NCBI GenBank assembly: GCA_043803765.1
Contig: JAZDJQ010000014.1
Location: 14,721-78,720 of the forward strand
Direction: 5' to 3'
Source: Candidatus Iainarchaeum sp.
Lineage (GTDB): Archaea; Iainarchaeota; Iainarchaeia; Iainarchaeales; VGJJ01
Length of the DNA stretch: 64,000 nucleotides
A program made the translations under genes and the position numbers. Below the pieces are notes generated by a model, which did not search any database, was not told where the DNA came from, and saw nothing but the letters and a program-made list of their open reading frames with translations. This document shows positions 1-9,535 of the stretch, piece by piece (within the stretch, counting starts at the first letter, position 1; each line of letters opens with the position of its first letter).

Positions 1-163
1 TTATGCGAAAACCGAATTTCCTTTTTTCGATAGCTCCCAACCGAGCAAGGGGACCCAACGCATGATTCACCGTACTTAATGAAATTCCCCATTTTTGGGC
101 TATTTCCAATTGGGTTTTAGCTCCCTGAAATAGAGAATAGAACACCCATTCGGATTTCTTCAT
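1..163 (-). CDS. Partial winged-HTH protein running off the left edge (MKKSEWVFYSLFQGAKTQLEIAQKWGISLSTVNHALGPL...)
   Basis: Manual translation from ATG at 163; HTH pattern TQLEIAQKWGISLSTVNHAL; TATA-like element at ~185-191. Confidence 0.7.
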   Translation of the reverse strand, partial: MKKSEWVFYSLFQGAKTQLEIAQKWGISLSTVNHALGPLARLGAIEKRKFGFRI

Positions 164-594
164 AGTAATAATATCCCATAAGTGTTTATATTGCTTTCGA
201 ATATCGTCGAAATAACTCCACTATACACAATGGGGATAGGACCCCAATTAAGCAGCCGGTTGGTAGCCGTACTTGTCCATGTGTAGGTGTCGAGCATAGG
301 ACACCATAATTTGGATAGGACCAACTCGATGGATTTCTTTTTTCGGGAGTCGGTTTCATTATCATGCAAATCTTGGAGGACAATATACAAATCCACGTAC
401 ATGGAACCATCAAAACGACGACCCATCGGTCGCAGGTTTCCAAAAGTGTTTACCGCGGCAAACCTCACTTTTCCGCTTTTGTCTACAATATTTTTGAAGA
501 AAACATCCATGACTTCTCCGATTTTCTCGTCAAAAATGGCTGAAATGGAAATAAAGAAATACGCGGATGAAAAATACGCAGCGGAGGGTAACAC
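160..594 (-). CDS. Hypothetical protein, possibly a gene fragment
   Basis: ORF track only; no recognisable motif; 3' part overlaps the promoter of the HTH gene. Confidence 0.3.
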   Translation of the reverse strand: MLPSAAYFSSAYFFISISAIFDEKIGEVMDVFFKNIVDKSGKVRFAAVNTFGNLRPMGRRFDGSMYVDLYIVLQDLHDNETDSRKKKSIELVLSKLWCPMLDTYTWTSTATNRLLNWGPIPIVYSGVISTIFESNINTYGILLL

Positions 595-621
595 TTTATT
601 CTAGGGTGATAGAATCCGGCG

Positions 622-1051
622 CTATGGCAGACTCTCGATTATTTCTTTTGTGGAATAGATTTTGATTTTTTCTTGCGTTCCCAAAAGTTTATCGTTTGTC
701 CAAATGGGAGACTTTTCTTTTAAAGCGAGGGCTAGAAAATCAATGTCTTCCGACAGTTCCTTATGATGGGTTTTTTCGGTCGATTCGATTAAATTTTTCG
801 CTGTTTTCAAAAAAGAAGAATATTCTTCCAGTGGAATGAACTCCACACACGGCCAAATCAAATCGTGCTTTTTCAAACTCTTCAATGGTTATTTCCGTTT
901 TGTGCAATATCTCTTTTTGATGATTGTTTATCTCCTCTAACGCATACTCAGGAGAAACGAATTCAAAGTCCTGACTGGTTGACAGTGACTTGAAAACAGA
1001 ATTAGACCAAAAACAGGTAATCAGAATATTGGTATCGACCACGAGCTTCAT
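622..1051 (-). pseudogene. vapC: PIN-domain (VapC-like) toxin, frameshifted
   Basis: N-half MKLVVDTNIL..SPEYALEEI (761..1051) and C-half EDIDFLALAL..IWTNDK (622..885) lie in different frames; the junction is a GTGTGTG run at ~844-850. Confidence 0.8.
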
Positions 1052-1258
1052 TCATATCAAGCCCTTTGCCTTCAAGGAATCTAATCGGCCCTTTCAGTCC
1101 ATTCGTACCAATTTGACAGACCAGCCCGAAATCGCTTCTTCTTCATTCAGTTTTCCAATCAACTGTTTCTTCCGCTCAAAAGAAAGAATAGTCAAAACCT
1201 TTTCTTCAATATCTGACAGTTTGGCTTGAATCTGCTTGAGAGTAACCGCTTCGCTCAT
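1052..1258 (-). pseudogene. Putative antitoxin with an in-frame TGA at codon 55
   Basis: Manual translation MSEAVTLKQ...WSVKLVRMD*KGRLDSLKAKGLI*; final stop abuts the PIN start codon. Confidence 0.6.
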
Positions 1259-1483
1259 ACAACAAAATCATTCCTTAGACTATAAAAACACGCTTTAACC
1301 AAAACACCAAAATGCACTTTATTCCTGGACAATATGCCTCGGGGGAGGGTGGAAGATAGCGGTAAACTGCCATTTGTAAGGAACAATACCGAACAGTATG
1401 TAGGAGTAAATAAAGGTTTCCGAGCCTGCGAGGGGGACATCACCATTTTGGAAAGCAAATCGATAGTTATTTTTTCAGATTGA

Positions 1484-1882
1484 TCATATTTTCTTTTTTG
1501 CTCCAACTTGCATCAACCGCTTTTGAATGTCCGTAAAAAGATTGTCTATTTTTTCGATTTCTTTGGCATCAAATGTGTATCCTACACCTTTGTAAACAAA
1601 AATTTGTGGATTTGTCCCAATAACAGGATTGCCGTGCTTTGTGATATTTGCCACATGGTTTAAGGAGCCAAGATCTTTATCCAATTGGACTAAATCGACT
1701 TCAGTTCCGATCTTTTCGGCCAATTTTAAAAATCGTTTAAAACGATTTAGTGTTGAACCAGTTTGTGATACCTGATGTTGATGTAAAACACTATTGATAA
1801 TTATTTCCGAGCTGTTGATCATCGTGGTCACACGGCCAATAAACTGTTGTGCATCAAATATTTGACGCTCAAATTCTTCCAT
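1484..1882 (-). CDS. Hypothetical helical protein (weak HEPN-like ANITKHG motif)
   Basis: 132-aa ORF; motif similarity only. Confidence 0.55.
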   Translation of the reverse strand: MEEFERQIFDAQQFIGRVTTMINSSEIIINSVLHQHQVSQTGSTLNRFKRFLKLAEKIGTEVDLVQLDKDLGSLNHVANITKHGNPVIGTNPQIFVYKGVGYTFDAKEIEKIDNLFTDIQKRLMQVGAKKKI

Positions 1883-1893
1883 TCAAACACCGC

Positions 1894-3186
1894 CTATCGC
1901 GAATCAGGATTTTCACGCAGATTAATTATCCAGTAAAACCCTGCTCCAATTATTAAAAATAAAAATAAAATCTGAAGATAGCCCCAGTCACTTGTTTGAT
2001 CCCAATAAGAGTTGTAAAACACGGTTCCTTTGAAGGCCTTATCCTTGGCTGATGCATAATGTCCTGCTTTGTATTCAGATTCGCTTCCACTATTGTATAA
2101 AACGTAGCCGAGCCAGCTAACTATTTTCAGAGGATTTCCTTTGGACATGTTCTTTTCACGCAAATCGTTTTCTAAACGCATTTGGGTGTCGGCTGGTCGT
2201 TGCAAATCAGCCAAGGCCGAACGATACTTGTCATTTGCCAATTTGCTTTCCGATATTACATTTTGAGTGGCGAGTACACTCGGCTCTATGTCCTTTTTGA
2301 AATTGTAACCGATGCAATACTGTTCACTGGTTCCAAGATTCCCAATCGCCTCTACCGGCTCGGAAAAATCAATCTCATCTGATTGAGTTAAAATCCAGAG
2401 CGCGAAGTTCGTTTGATCGATGCGTGAGACTGTTTCGCTCGAGTAGTTTCGATTTTTCGCGTCGTAAAACGGTTGCCGGATTTCATTTGACAGGTTGAAC
2501 ATCGACAAGTCAACCTTGTCCGTGAGGGTACATGAAAGATCGCGTGTTAGCTGTAGGAAAATGAAATATTCTGATCCTTGAATGGCCACTACCTTTTTTG
2601 AAAAGCGAATCCATTCTCTGCCGGCACGCTCGACAATTTCCCATCCATTTTGTTGCGCCTTTTCAGCAAATACATCAAAAACTTCTTCGGGAACGGTGGC
2701 TGAAATATTCCAAACGTTCGAGTCCACGAAGCTTACGATTTTTCCCGTAAAATTACAAATGTCGTTGGCCCCAGAAGCCCATTTCTTACACTGAATAGTG
2801 TTATCATATGTGGAAAAGGGGAGCTGGTAAATGCTGTTGTAATGGTAGATTGCTTCGAAAACCGTTTGCGACTCATTTTCGTTCGTCACGAAACGACATT
2901 GGCCACTTTCATTTTTTACGAGGGCTGTCCAATTGGAATCGAACGTCAAGAGGAAGTAACTTTTTTCATCAAATTCGAGATTCTGGTATTTGAAATCGGG
3001 GTTAAACGACCCGTATTCGGGGGCAAAATGATTTGCGTCACAGTATTGAATGTACGCGTAGTTCGTTTTCGGCTCAATGATATTTCTATCGCCAAGTCCC
3101 TTAGCGGCAAACATGAAAAGCCAGCTCCCAACAACCACTACAAGGATGATTGCCACGACCCATGCATCCACTTTAGAACCAGACAT
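1894..3186 (-). CDS. Membrane-anchored extracellular protein
   Basis: 430 aa; N- and C-terminal hydrophobic helices, several Cys and N-x-S/T sequons. Confidence 0.75.
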   Translation of the reverse strand: MSGSKVDAWVVAIILVVVVGSWLFMFAAKGLGDRNIIEPKTNYAYIQYCDANHFAPEYGSFNPDFKYQNLEFDEKSYFLLTFDSNWTALVKNESGQCRFVTNENESQTVFEAIYHYNSIYQLPFSTYDNTIQCKKWASGANDICNFTGKIVSFVDSNVWNISATVPEEVFDVFAEKAQQNGWEIVERAGREWIRFSKKVVAIQGSEYFIFLQLTRDLSCTLTDKVDLSMFNLSNEIRQPFYDAKNRNYSSETVSRIDQTNFALWILTQSDEIDFSEPVEAIGNLGTSEQYCIGYNFKKDIEPSVLATQNVISESKLANDKYRSALADLQRPADTQMRLENDLREKNMSKGNPLKIVSWLGYVLYNSGSESEYKAGHYASAKDKAFKGTVFYNSYWDQTSDWGYLQILFLFLIIGAGFYWIINLRENPDSR

Positions 3187-3241
3187 TAAATAGCAAAATA
3201 TTGATTAACACCTTTTCAACCTTTCGGAGTTTATCATTAGA

Positions 3242-3937
3242 ATGGACCCCCAAATCAAAGATGTTCTCACGCTTCTCGACGAAGCGGCCCATAAACGATG
3301 GTCGATTCGAGAAGAGCAGTTCAAGATGTATAAAATTGATACAACCGCAGTCGCCCAAGCCCAACAAATGGGTTTTATTCATTGGACCGGCGCAAACTAT
3401 ATTCTCACCGCAACAGGTCACGAAAAATTGTTACAATACGAGTCAGTCGATTCTCTACGAGAGATCCGAAAACACCTCCGAGTGGATAAAAAAGGCGTCA
3501 TTTTTGATAGCAACGCGTACGATAAAATTCTAGAAGGAGCTTTGACAAAGAGTGATATCGAATTGAGCCGACACAAAGGATTCGATTATTATATCACACA
3601 CATCCAGGCAGACGAGGTTGTGCGTTGCCCGGAAGTCGACAGACGCCAGCGATTAACCCTTGCAATGCTCACGCTAAAGCCAATTGTTATCCCTACCGAT
3701 TCAACGGTAGCAGGAGTATCACGGGTGGGATTTTCACGGTTAAGTGATGGACAAGACATGGAAAGCATTCGTAATGGCAGTCAAAGGCATACGAATGACG
3801 CATTGATAGGAGAAACTGCAATAAAAAATAAATTAATTCTTGTAACAGAGGACGATAGGCTTCGAACCAAAGTAAAAGATGCGAAGGGTATCGCAATGAC
3901 TATCGCTGAATTCAAAAATGAAATCGAAAAAGAATAA
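3242..3937 (+). CDS. PIN-domain ribonuclease with N-terminal wHTH-like region
   Basis: IFDSNAY, HIQADE, NDALIGETA, LVTEDDRL give the acidic PIN tetrad. Confidence 0.75.
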   Translation: MDPQIKDVLTLLDEAAHKRWSIREEQFKMYKIDTTAVAQAQQMGFIHWTGANYILTATGHEKLLQYESVDSLREIRKHLRVDKKGVIFDSNAYDKILEGALTKSDIELSRHKGFDYYITHIQADEVVRCPEVDRRQRLTLAMLTLKPIVIPTDSTVAGVSRVGFSRLSDGQDMESIRNGSQRHTNDALIGETAIKNKLILVTEDDRLRTKVKDAKGIAMTIAEFKNEIEKE

Positions 3938-4470
3938 TGAGAGTTATATTCATGAATTTTCAACCTTCAAACCAGCACCAAAAGTTTTTCGTCGAACATA
4001 TATTGGCGGCTGGCAAAAAGTATACGAAACCAAAACCAATGGCCACATTACGTCGAACAGACTTTGGAAAGGATGGATTTCTGGATTGCTATAATTCCTT
4101 TAACCAATATCTAAGGTGGCACTACTCTGGAACAGATAGGGACATGATAAATAGTTTTGTACAAAATTTTGGTGCTACCTACCAAACTACTTATGATGGA
4201 GGATATCCAGAAAAGTTATATCGGGATTTAACATTCCTACAGAAAAAACAGGTTCCAAATCTAAGTCAACCAGGAAAATCAATTATCGGGATAAACGATC
4301 CGAAAGACTTGTCCCAAGTTATTGATTATTTGTATGTTATCCGATGTAATTTTAATCATGGATCATTTTCAGTTCATGACGAACTTTACCAATCTATTGC
4401 GATACCTTCTTTTGAGGTTTTTTACTTAATTCTGTTCAAGATTCTTCGCCACGAAATACCAAATCAGTAA
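3937..4470 (+). CDS. HEPN-like protein
   Basis: LYVIRCNFNHG = RxxxxH HEPN motif; start overlaps the PIN gene stop (TAATG). Confidence 0.6.
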   Translation: MRVIFMNFQPSNQHQKFFVEHILAAGKKYTKPKPMATLRRTDFGKDGFLDCYNSFNQYLRWHYSGTDRDMINSFVQNFGATYQTTYDGGYPEKLYRDLTFLQKKQVPNLSQPGKSIIGINDPKDLSQVIDYLYVIRCNFNHGSFSVHDELYQSIAIPSFEVFYLILFKILRHEIPNQ

Positions 4471-4488
4471 TCATTCTATCTCTAAAAA

Positions 4489-4998
4489 TCACTCAAAATG
4501 TATTGTTCCGTTTTCGGCTATTCGTGCGATTTGCCAGTCGTATTTCTTTTCTTTGACTACTTGGTTTAGTTGTTCTCGTTGTGCGTTAAGCGGGGAGTTT
4601 TTCAGGTTTTTTGATAGGAGTAAAATTTCGTCTACTGTTCCATTTTTTGTCATGCCGTCGAAGACCACGAAGTCGATTGGATTCAATATAGGTTTCATGT
4701 CGTAGGGGTTTATTTTCAGTTCTTTAAGGATGGGCGAGATCGCTTTTCTTATTACTTTTTCTGCGCCTAATTGCCCTTTTTCGATTTGAATTTTTCGAAT
4801 GTTGGCTTCTTTTTCCTCAAACGATTCGACATTCTGTTCCAATACATTCATCTGTTTCTCGTAGTCGTCCAGCCATGTTTTTGGTGTTGGGGTTTTGGTG
4901 AATATCCGAAGGTCGGATACCCTGACTATTTCGTCACAGCACGGACAAAGGCAGAGTATTTTTCTAAATTCTTGGTACTCTTCTCCGAATCCTTTCAT
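4489..4998 (-). CDS. Holliday-junction-resolvase-like endonuclease paralog (Endonuc_Holl type), degenerate active site
   Basis: CPCC Zn-ribbon-like motif, coiled coil, PIDFVVFDG; ExK replaced by LSK; ATGA overlap with upstream paralog. Confidence 0.7.
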   Translation of the reverse strand: MKGFGEEYQEFRKILCLCPCCDEIVRVSDLRIFTKTPTPKTWLDDYEKQMNVLEQNVESFEEKEANIRKIQIEKGQLGAEKVIRKAISPILKELKINPYDMKPILNPIDFVVFDGMTKNGTVDEILLLSKNLKNSPLNAQREQLNQVVKEKKYDWQIARIAENGTIHFE

Positions 4999-5492
4999 TT
5001 TACCACCTTGAAGGATACTTTTTTGTCGTTTACTGCGTCTTTGACGGCTTTTTGGTGGGAGTTCAATCGTGCATTTCCTGTTTTTACTTCGATGAAACTC
5101 ATGGATTCTATTTTGTTGTTGCAACAACCGTTGAAGGTGATCATGTCAATGGGTTCGCCTAAAAACCGACAATCGGGCAACGCCCATTTGAAATCTTTTA
5201 AGATCGGAAAGAATACTTCCATTTCTTGCCCGAAGCCAACCGCTCTTGCCGTGATCTCTATTTTTTTAGTGTCTTCCAATGATTTACTCCTTTTCTCGAA
5301 ATCTTTCTTTTGTTGCTCAAAATCTTTAAGCAAACGTGCCCGCACAGCTAAGGCTTCGGGAGGAAAAGACTTCGTTCCATCAAATAAGAATGCTTCACCC
5401 AGCTTGAAACTTTCATTACATGAAGGACATTCCGCGTAAAGCTTCGAATCCTTCAACTCAAGAATCGTTTCTTTGGTGTCTTTACCATCCAT
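4995..5492 (-). CDS. Holliday-junction-resolvase-like PD-(D/E)xK endonuclease (Endonuc_Holl type)
   Basis: CPSC, RFLGEPIDMITFNG, FIEVKTGNARLNSHQ. Confidence 0.8.
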   Translation of the reverse strand: MDGKDTKETILELKDSKLYAECPSCNESFKLGEAFLFDGTKSFPPEALAVRARLLKDFEQQKKDFEKRSKSLEDTKKIEITARAVGFGQEMEVFFPILKDFKWALPDCRFLGEPIDMITFNGCCNNKIESMSFIEVKTGNARLNSHQKAVKDAVNDKKVSFKVVK

Positions 5493-5508
5493 ATTTTCGC
5501 TCCATCGA

Positions 5509-6114
5509 TCACTTTTTCTTTTTCGGGGATAGGATAGTGAATTTCGCAACCAGTCCAAGGACAATCAATCCGCCCACTATGAGAGCGATAGAAGAAAAAT
5601 CGGATTCCGGTACTTTACTTTCAACAAAGTTCATTGTATTGGCATCTTCTCCCATATTTAGAGTAGAAGCCGATTTGAATGACACTGTATAATCGTCAAC
5701 CAGTTCCCCGTTGTGAGTGGTAACCTTCGAAGGCATTGTAACTTTCGTAAGGATAGAAACTCCGGCAGGAGTCCTCTTATCCTCATAACGCAAATACTTT
5801 CCGTCCGTTTTTACAATAATTTTTACCGGATTTCCGCCTTCAGATGGAGATAAATCATATTCGATTATGAGTTCGGAATCAGTCTCTCTGCAAACGTTGT
5901 CGATTCGACTCAGGACAGATGGATCGGCTTCTGGACTATTTTGTGCCATATTTTTGAGCGAATTACAACTAGCGTTCGCCAATATCCCCGTTTTATCCAA
6001 AGAAACAAGACGATGTACGCTACCGTCAGCATTCACTTTCTCAGTCTGGCTACCGGAAATACAGCCAGAAAGTACGACCATTCCAACCAAAAAAATCAAA
6101 ATCACCTGCTTCAT
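5509..6114 (-). CDS. Lipoprotein (LppM-like) with C-terminal TM helix
   Basis: Lipobox VLSGC, VNADGS motif, C-terminal hydrophobic helix and Lys tail. Confidence 0.7.
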   Translation of the reverse strand: MKQVILIFLVGMVVLSGCISGSQTEKVNADGSVHRLVSLDKTGILANASCNSLKNMAQNSPEADPSVLSRIDNVCRETDSELIIEYDLSPSEGGNPVKIIVKTDGKYLRYEDKRTPAGVSILTKVTMPSKVTTHNGELVDDYTVSFKSASTLNMGEDANTMNFVESKVPESDFSSIALIVGGLIVLGLVAKFTILSPKKKK

Positions 6115-6127
6115 TTTTTGCCTCGTT

Positions 6128-6853
6128 TTATTGCTCCGTATAATTTCTGAATCGTGCCCTTATTTGGTCTCCACCTATTCTTGCTACTCCGTTTATTTCA
6201 ACTTTGTTAAATTGGCTTACATCGAGGGTTCCGGTGTAAACCAATGTTCCATTGTAGTAGACATTGTACCCCGTTAGTGTCTTTTGGATTTTGTAGGTGT
6301 CAAAAGTTGAAGAAGGTAAATCGGGAGAGACATATTTGAAACTGTCGCTACCGTTTACCCGTTCGATAATGAATACGTTTGAGTTGTATTGCGGGTCGGT
6401 AATGTCCCTATGCTTGTTTACAATGAGGGCATTTTGATTATCTTTAACAAACCAAATACCTGCTGAAGCCGCGCTCGAGGGCAAATTTTCCAACGCAACA
6501 TCAACTTGCACAGTCGTTTTGGTTGTTGGCCTACTGATTCTTCCCTCACTAACCCATGCCCCTTGCCAAGAATTAGTTATCGACTGGCCTTCAACCGTTA
6601 GAATAGGCTGATTACTACCTGAAACGGTCACACCAAACAGAGGCATACTATTCCAATTCCAAGAGTATCCGCCCCAAGAAAATCCTGGTCGACAAATTTG
6701 AACGGCAGTAGTAACTGACTGTGCGGAAACATTTTGAAAAGAAACAAACAGGACGGAAGCGAACAAGAGCAATACCAAGAGAGTTGCTCTATTTCTCCCA
6801 AGTCCGAAAAGAGCTTGGGGTTTAGCGCTGTTGACAGTTTTTTTCGTTATCAT
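6128..6853 (-). CDS. Secreted beta-sandwich (lectin/concanavalin-like) protein
   Basis: Signal peptide; beta-rich sequence with YNVYYNGTLV-type motif. Confidence 0.6.
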   Translation of the reverse strand: MITKKTVNSAKPQALFGLGRNRATLLVLLLFASVLFVSFQNVSAQSVTTAVQICRPGFSWGGYSWNWNSMPLFGVTVSGSNQPILTVEGQSITNSWQGAWVSEGRISRPTTKTTVQVDVALENLPSSAASAGIWFVKDNQNALIVNKHRDITDPQYNSNVFIIERVNGSDSFKYVSPDLPSSTFDTYKIQKTLTGYNVYYNGTLVYTGTLDVSQFNKVEINGVARIGGDQIRARFRNYTEQ

Positions 6854-6923
6854 AGGGTACTCATAGCGAGGATATTTAATAAGTCACATGATTACTCGAA
6901 TTGTCAAACCACAAATAGTGCAC

Positions 6924-7070
6924 TCAAACACTTCTTTCTTCCATTCTTCCAGAATGACATTCACCGCAACTGCTCGAAGAGTTACAGGATGAGCACGCAC
7001 TCAAACCGCACTTATTGCATATTTTTACCCTGGACGTTGTTCTCTCACAATTATGGCATTTTATTGACAT
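6924..7070 (-). CDS. 48-aa Cys-rich microprotein with four CxxC motifs
   Basis: Manual translation MSIKCHNCERTTSRVKICNKCGLSACSSCNSSSSCGECHSGRMEERSV; SD GAGGTGG and TATA at ~7102-7111. Confidence 0.7.
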   Translation of the reverse strand: MSIKCHNCERTTSRVKICNKCGLSACSSCNSSSSCGECHSGRMEERSV

Positions 7071-7113
7071 CCAACCACCTCAAATAAGCATTATTCTCCA
7101 GGTTTAAAATATT

Positions 7114-7129
7114 ACCCCAAAAATGGGGT
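7114..7129. promoter_or_regulatory. Palindromic operator ACCCCA-N4-TGGGGT
   Basis: Perfect 6-bp inverted repeat beside a TATA box; resembles the site at 7454-7469. Confidence 0.5.
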
Positions 7130-7153
7130 TATTTACAAGAAGAATACGCAGGA

Positions 7154-7417
7154 TTAATCCATTTTGACCTTGTCCAAATTTATGTTGGCTTTGACCAGCA
7201 TTTCTCGGCCATCCCGCCGCTTCTCTACCAATCCCTCTTTCTCCAGCATAGTGACGTAATCTGCACACTTATTGTAGGCCAGATTGGTCTCTCTACTAAG
7301 TTCTGTCACCGTTTTGGACCCATTTTGGGTTAGCTCGAGCATCCTGAACCGAGTCTTATTGGCCATGACTCTGATTTTTCGATAAAGCTCCTCACGACGA
7401 ATACCAGTCTTGAACAT
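7154..7417 (-). CDS. ArsR-type HTH transcriptional regulator
   Basis: MANKTRFRMLELT..KTVTELSRET..YVTMLEKEGLVEKRRDGRE. Confidence 0.85.
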   Translation of the reverse strand: MFKTGIRREELYRKIRVMANKTRFRMLELTQNGSKTVTELSRETNLAYNKCADYVTMLEKEGLVEKRRDGREMLVKANINLDKVKMD

Positions 7418-7453
7418 ACACCATTTTCAGGGTACCTTTTATAACTCAATAGA

Positions 7454-7469
7454 ACACCACTTTTGGTGT
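7454..7469. promoter_or_regulatory. Palindromic operator ACACCA-N4-TGGTGT upstream of mod
   Basis: Perfect inverted repeat between the divergent HTH and mod genes; degenerate copy at ~7418-7433. Confidence 0.55.
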
Positions 7470-7492
7470 AGTATTTGGGTTGTTGATTGGAA

Positions 7493-9535
7493 ATGCCGGA
7501 CTCCTTGATTGAAGAACTTCCTCGCATAATGGCGTATGGAAAAAAGGAAGCTCAGCGCATCTTAGACGGACTCTCCAAGCAAAATCGGGTTAGTTTACAA
7601 ACAAATGAAATGGTTTTGCCCACGAAGGCCAAGGCCGGAATTTTCTCCCATTTTGGCCAGGCTCTACACAGTTCTACTGATGTTGAATGGTTCAACCGAA
7701 TGATTTACGGAGACAACATTCTAACGATGCAGGCTTTATTAGCCGGCGACTCCGAAACAGGGCTGCCTTCCATGCGAGGAAAAATAGACCTAATCTACAT
7801 CGACCCACCATTTGACTCCAAAGCAGATTATCGGACAAAAATTCATTTACCGCATACAGACATTGAGCAGCGTCCAACTGTCATTGAACAATTTGCTTAT
7901 TCAGACACATGGGAACATGGGACAACATCATACTTGAAAATGATGGTACCACGACTTATCCTCATGAGGGAACTACTAAGCGAGAAGGGAAGTATCTACA
8001 TTCACATTGATTGGCACGTTGGACACTATGTAAAAGTAATGATGGATGAAATATTCGGAAAAGAGAATTTTATCAACGAGATTATTTGGCAAAAAGTAAG
8101 GTCTTCAAAAGGACAAGCAAAATCGTTTGGCAATGTTCATGATTCAATTTTTGTTTATGCGAAAACAAAATCTTATTTCTTCAATAAATTGTATACCGAA
8201 CACGATCAAGAAAGACTTGATACTCATTATAATAATATCGAATTAGAAACTGGTAGGAAATATCAACTGGCAGATTTTACACAAAAAGGTCAAGGTGAAC
8301 CAAAAAAATTTTCGAATATATTACTGACACCTCCTACTGGTAAACATTGGATTTGGTCACAGGAAAGAATTAATGAGGGAATGGTAAAGGGATTAATTGT
8401 TTTTACTAAATCAGGCAAGCCAAGAGTAAAAAGATTTTTAGATGAGTCGCAAGGATCTCCAATTGAAGACATTTGGACTGATGTATTTCCAATTAACTCT
8501 CAAGCCATCGAATCTATCGGTTACCCAACACAAAAACCAGAAGGACTTCTAGAACGAATAATCAAGGCATCTTCAAACGAAGGAGATTTAGTTTGCGACT
8601 TCTTTTGTGGTTCTGGCACAACAGCTACTATCGCAGAAAAACTTGGTAGAAAATGGATTGCTTCTGATTTAGGTAAGCCAGCTTGCATGATTATGCGGAA
8701 AAGATTGATTGACCAAGATGCGAAGCCTTTTTTGTATCAGTCTATTGGAGATTATCAGAAGGAGCAGTTCGAACATTCGCAACACAAGACAATCGGAGAG
8801 CTATCCCATGTCGTGATAAATTTGTATGGGGCATTACCTTTTCCTTACGGCCAGCATCCACAAAATAATTTAGGGTATATCAAGCAGTCTAAAACCCTTG
8901 TTTTTGTCGATTCGCCTTCTAAAATGACGGGGGCTAATACTTTGAAAAGAGCGCGGGAGTTGCGTGCTTCTTTTGCAGGAGGGTGGGAGAAAGTAGTTGT
9001 TTTGGGTTGGAATTTTGTCTGGGATATTGGACAAATCGTTGAAACAATGAATGACCCAAAATTAGAGGTTTTGGTCATTCCGCCCGACCTACTTGATCGC
9101 TTGAAAACCAAGGCCAGTTATGAGCAACTAATCAAATCAGGAAAAATCCGCTTTTCCTCCCTGCAGTATTTGACCGTGAAACCCATCATTAAGAACGATT
9201 CCGATAACGATCAGGACGAGTTGATTGTTTCCCTTGACAATTATATTCTGTTATCCCCAGACGCGCTTCCACTGGACAAAGAGAACAAGGAAAAGCTAGA
9301 AAAAACAATCGAGAAAGACCCATTGAGCTTGGTAGAATATTGGAATATTGACCCCGATTACGATGGAGAAATTTTTCGCAGCAAATGGCAGGAATATCGA
9401 GAAAACAACAAAGACCTCCGAATTAAACGAACCGCCAAAATTCTCGTACCCAAAATCAAAGGGAAGCGAAAAGTATGTGTGAAAGCAGTCGATGTTTTTG
9501 GTTTTGAAAGCGCTACTGTCCAGGAGATTGATTAA
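7493..9535 (+). CDS. mod: Type III R-M DNA methyltransferase (Mod)
   Basis: IYIDPPF catalytic motif, [19 protein letters not shown] motif (beta-class order). Confidence 0.92.
   Translation: MPDSLIEELPRIMAYGKKEAQRILDGLSKQNRVSLQTNEMVLPTKAKAGIFSHFGQALHSSTDVEWFNRMIYGDNILTMQALLAGDSETGLPSMRGKIDLIYIDPPFDSKADYRTKIHLPHTDIEQRPTVIEQFAYSDTWEHGTTSYLKMMVPRLILMRELLSEKGSIYIHIDWHVGHYVKVMMDEIFGKENFINEIIWQKVRSSKGQAKSFGNVHDSIFVYAKTKSYFFNKLYTEHDQERLDTHYNNIELETGRKYQLADFTQKGQGEPKKFSNILLTPPTGKHWIWSQERINEGMVKGLIVFTKSGKPRVKRFLDESQGSPIEDIWTDVFPINSQAIESIGYPTQKPEGLLERIIKASSNEGDLVCDFFCGSGTTATIAEKLGRKWIASDLGKPACMIMRKRLIDQDAKPFLYQSIGDYQKEQFEHSQHKTIGELSHVVINLYGALPFPYGQHPQNNLGYIKQSKTLVFVDSPSKMTGANTLKRARELRASFAGGWEKVVVLGWNFVWDIGQIVETMNDPKLEVLVIPPDLLDRLKTKASYEQLIKSGKIRFSSLQYLTVKPIIKNDSDNDQDELIVSLDNYILLSPDALPLDKENKEKLEKTIEKDPLSLVEYWNIDPDYDGEIFRSKWQEYRENNKDLRIKRTAKILVPKIKGKRKVCVKAVDVFGFESATVQEID

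Noticed and set aside
1094-1096. TGA recoding (alternative genetic code or Sec)
   Set aside because: Many core genes here end in TGA and lack internal TGA; this single case lies in a decayed TA pair.
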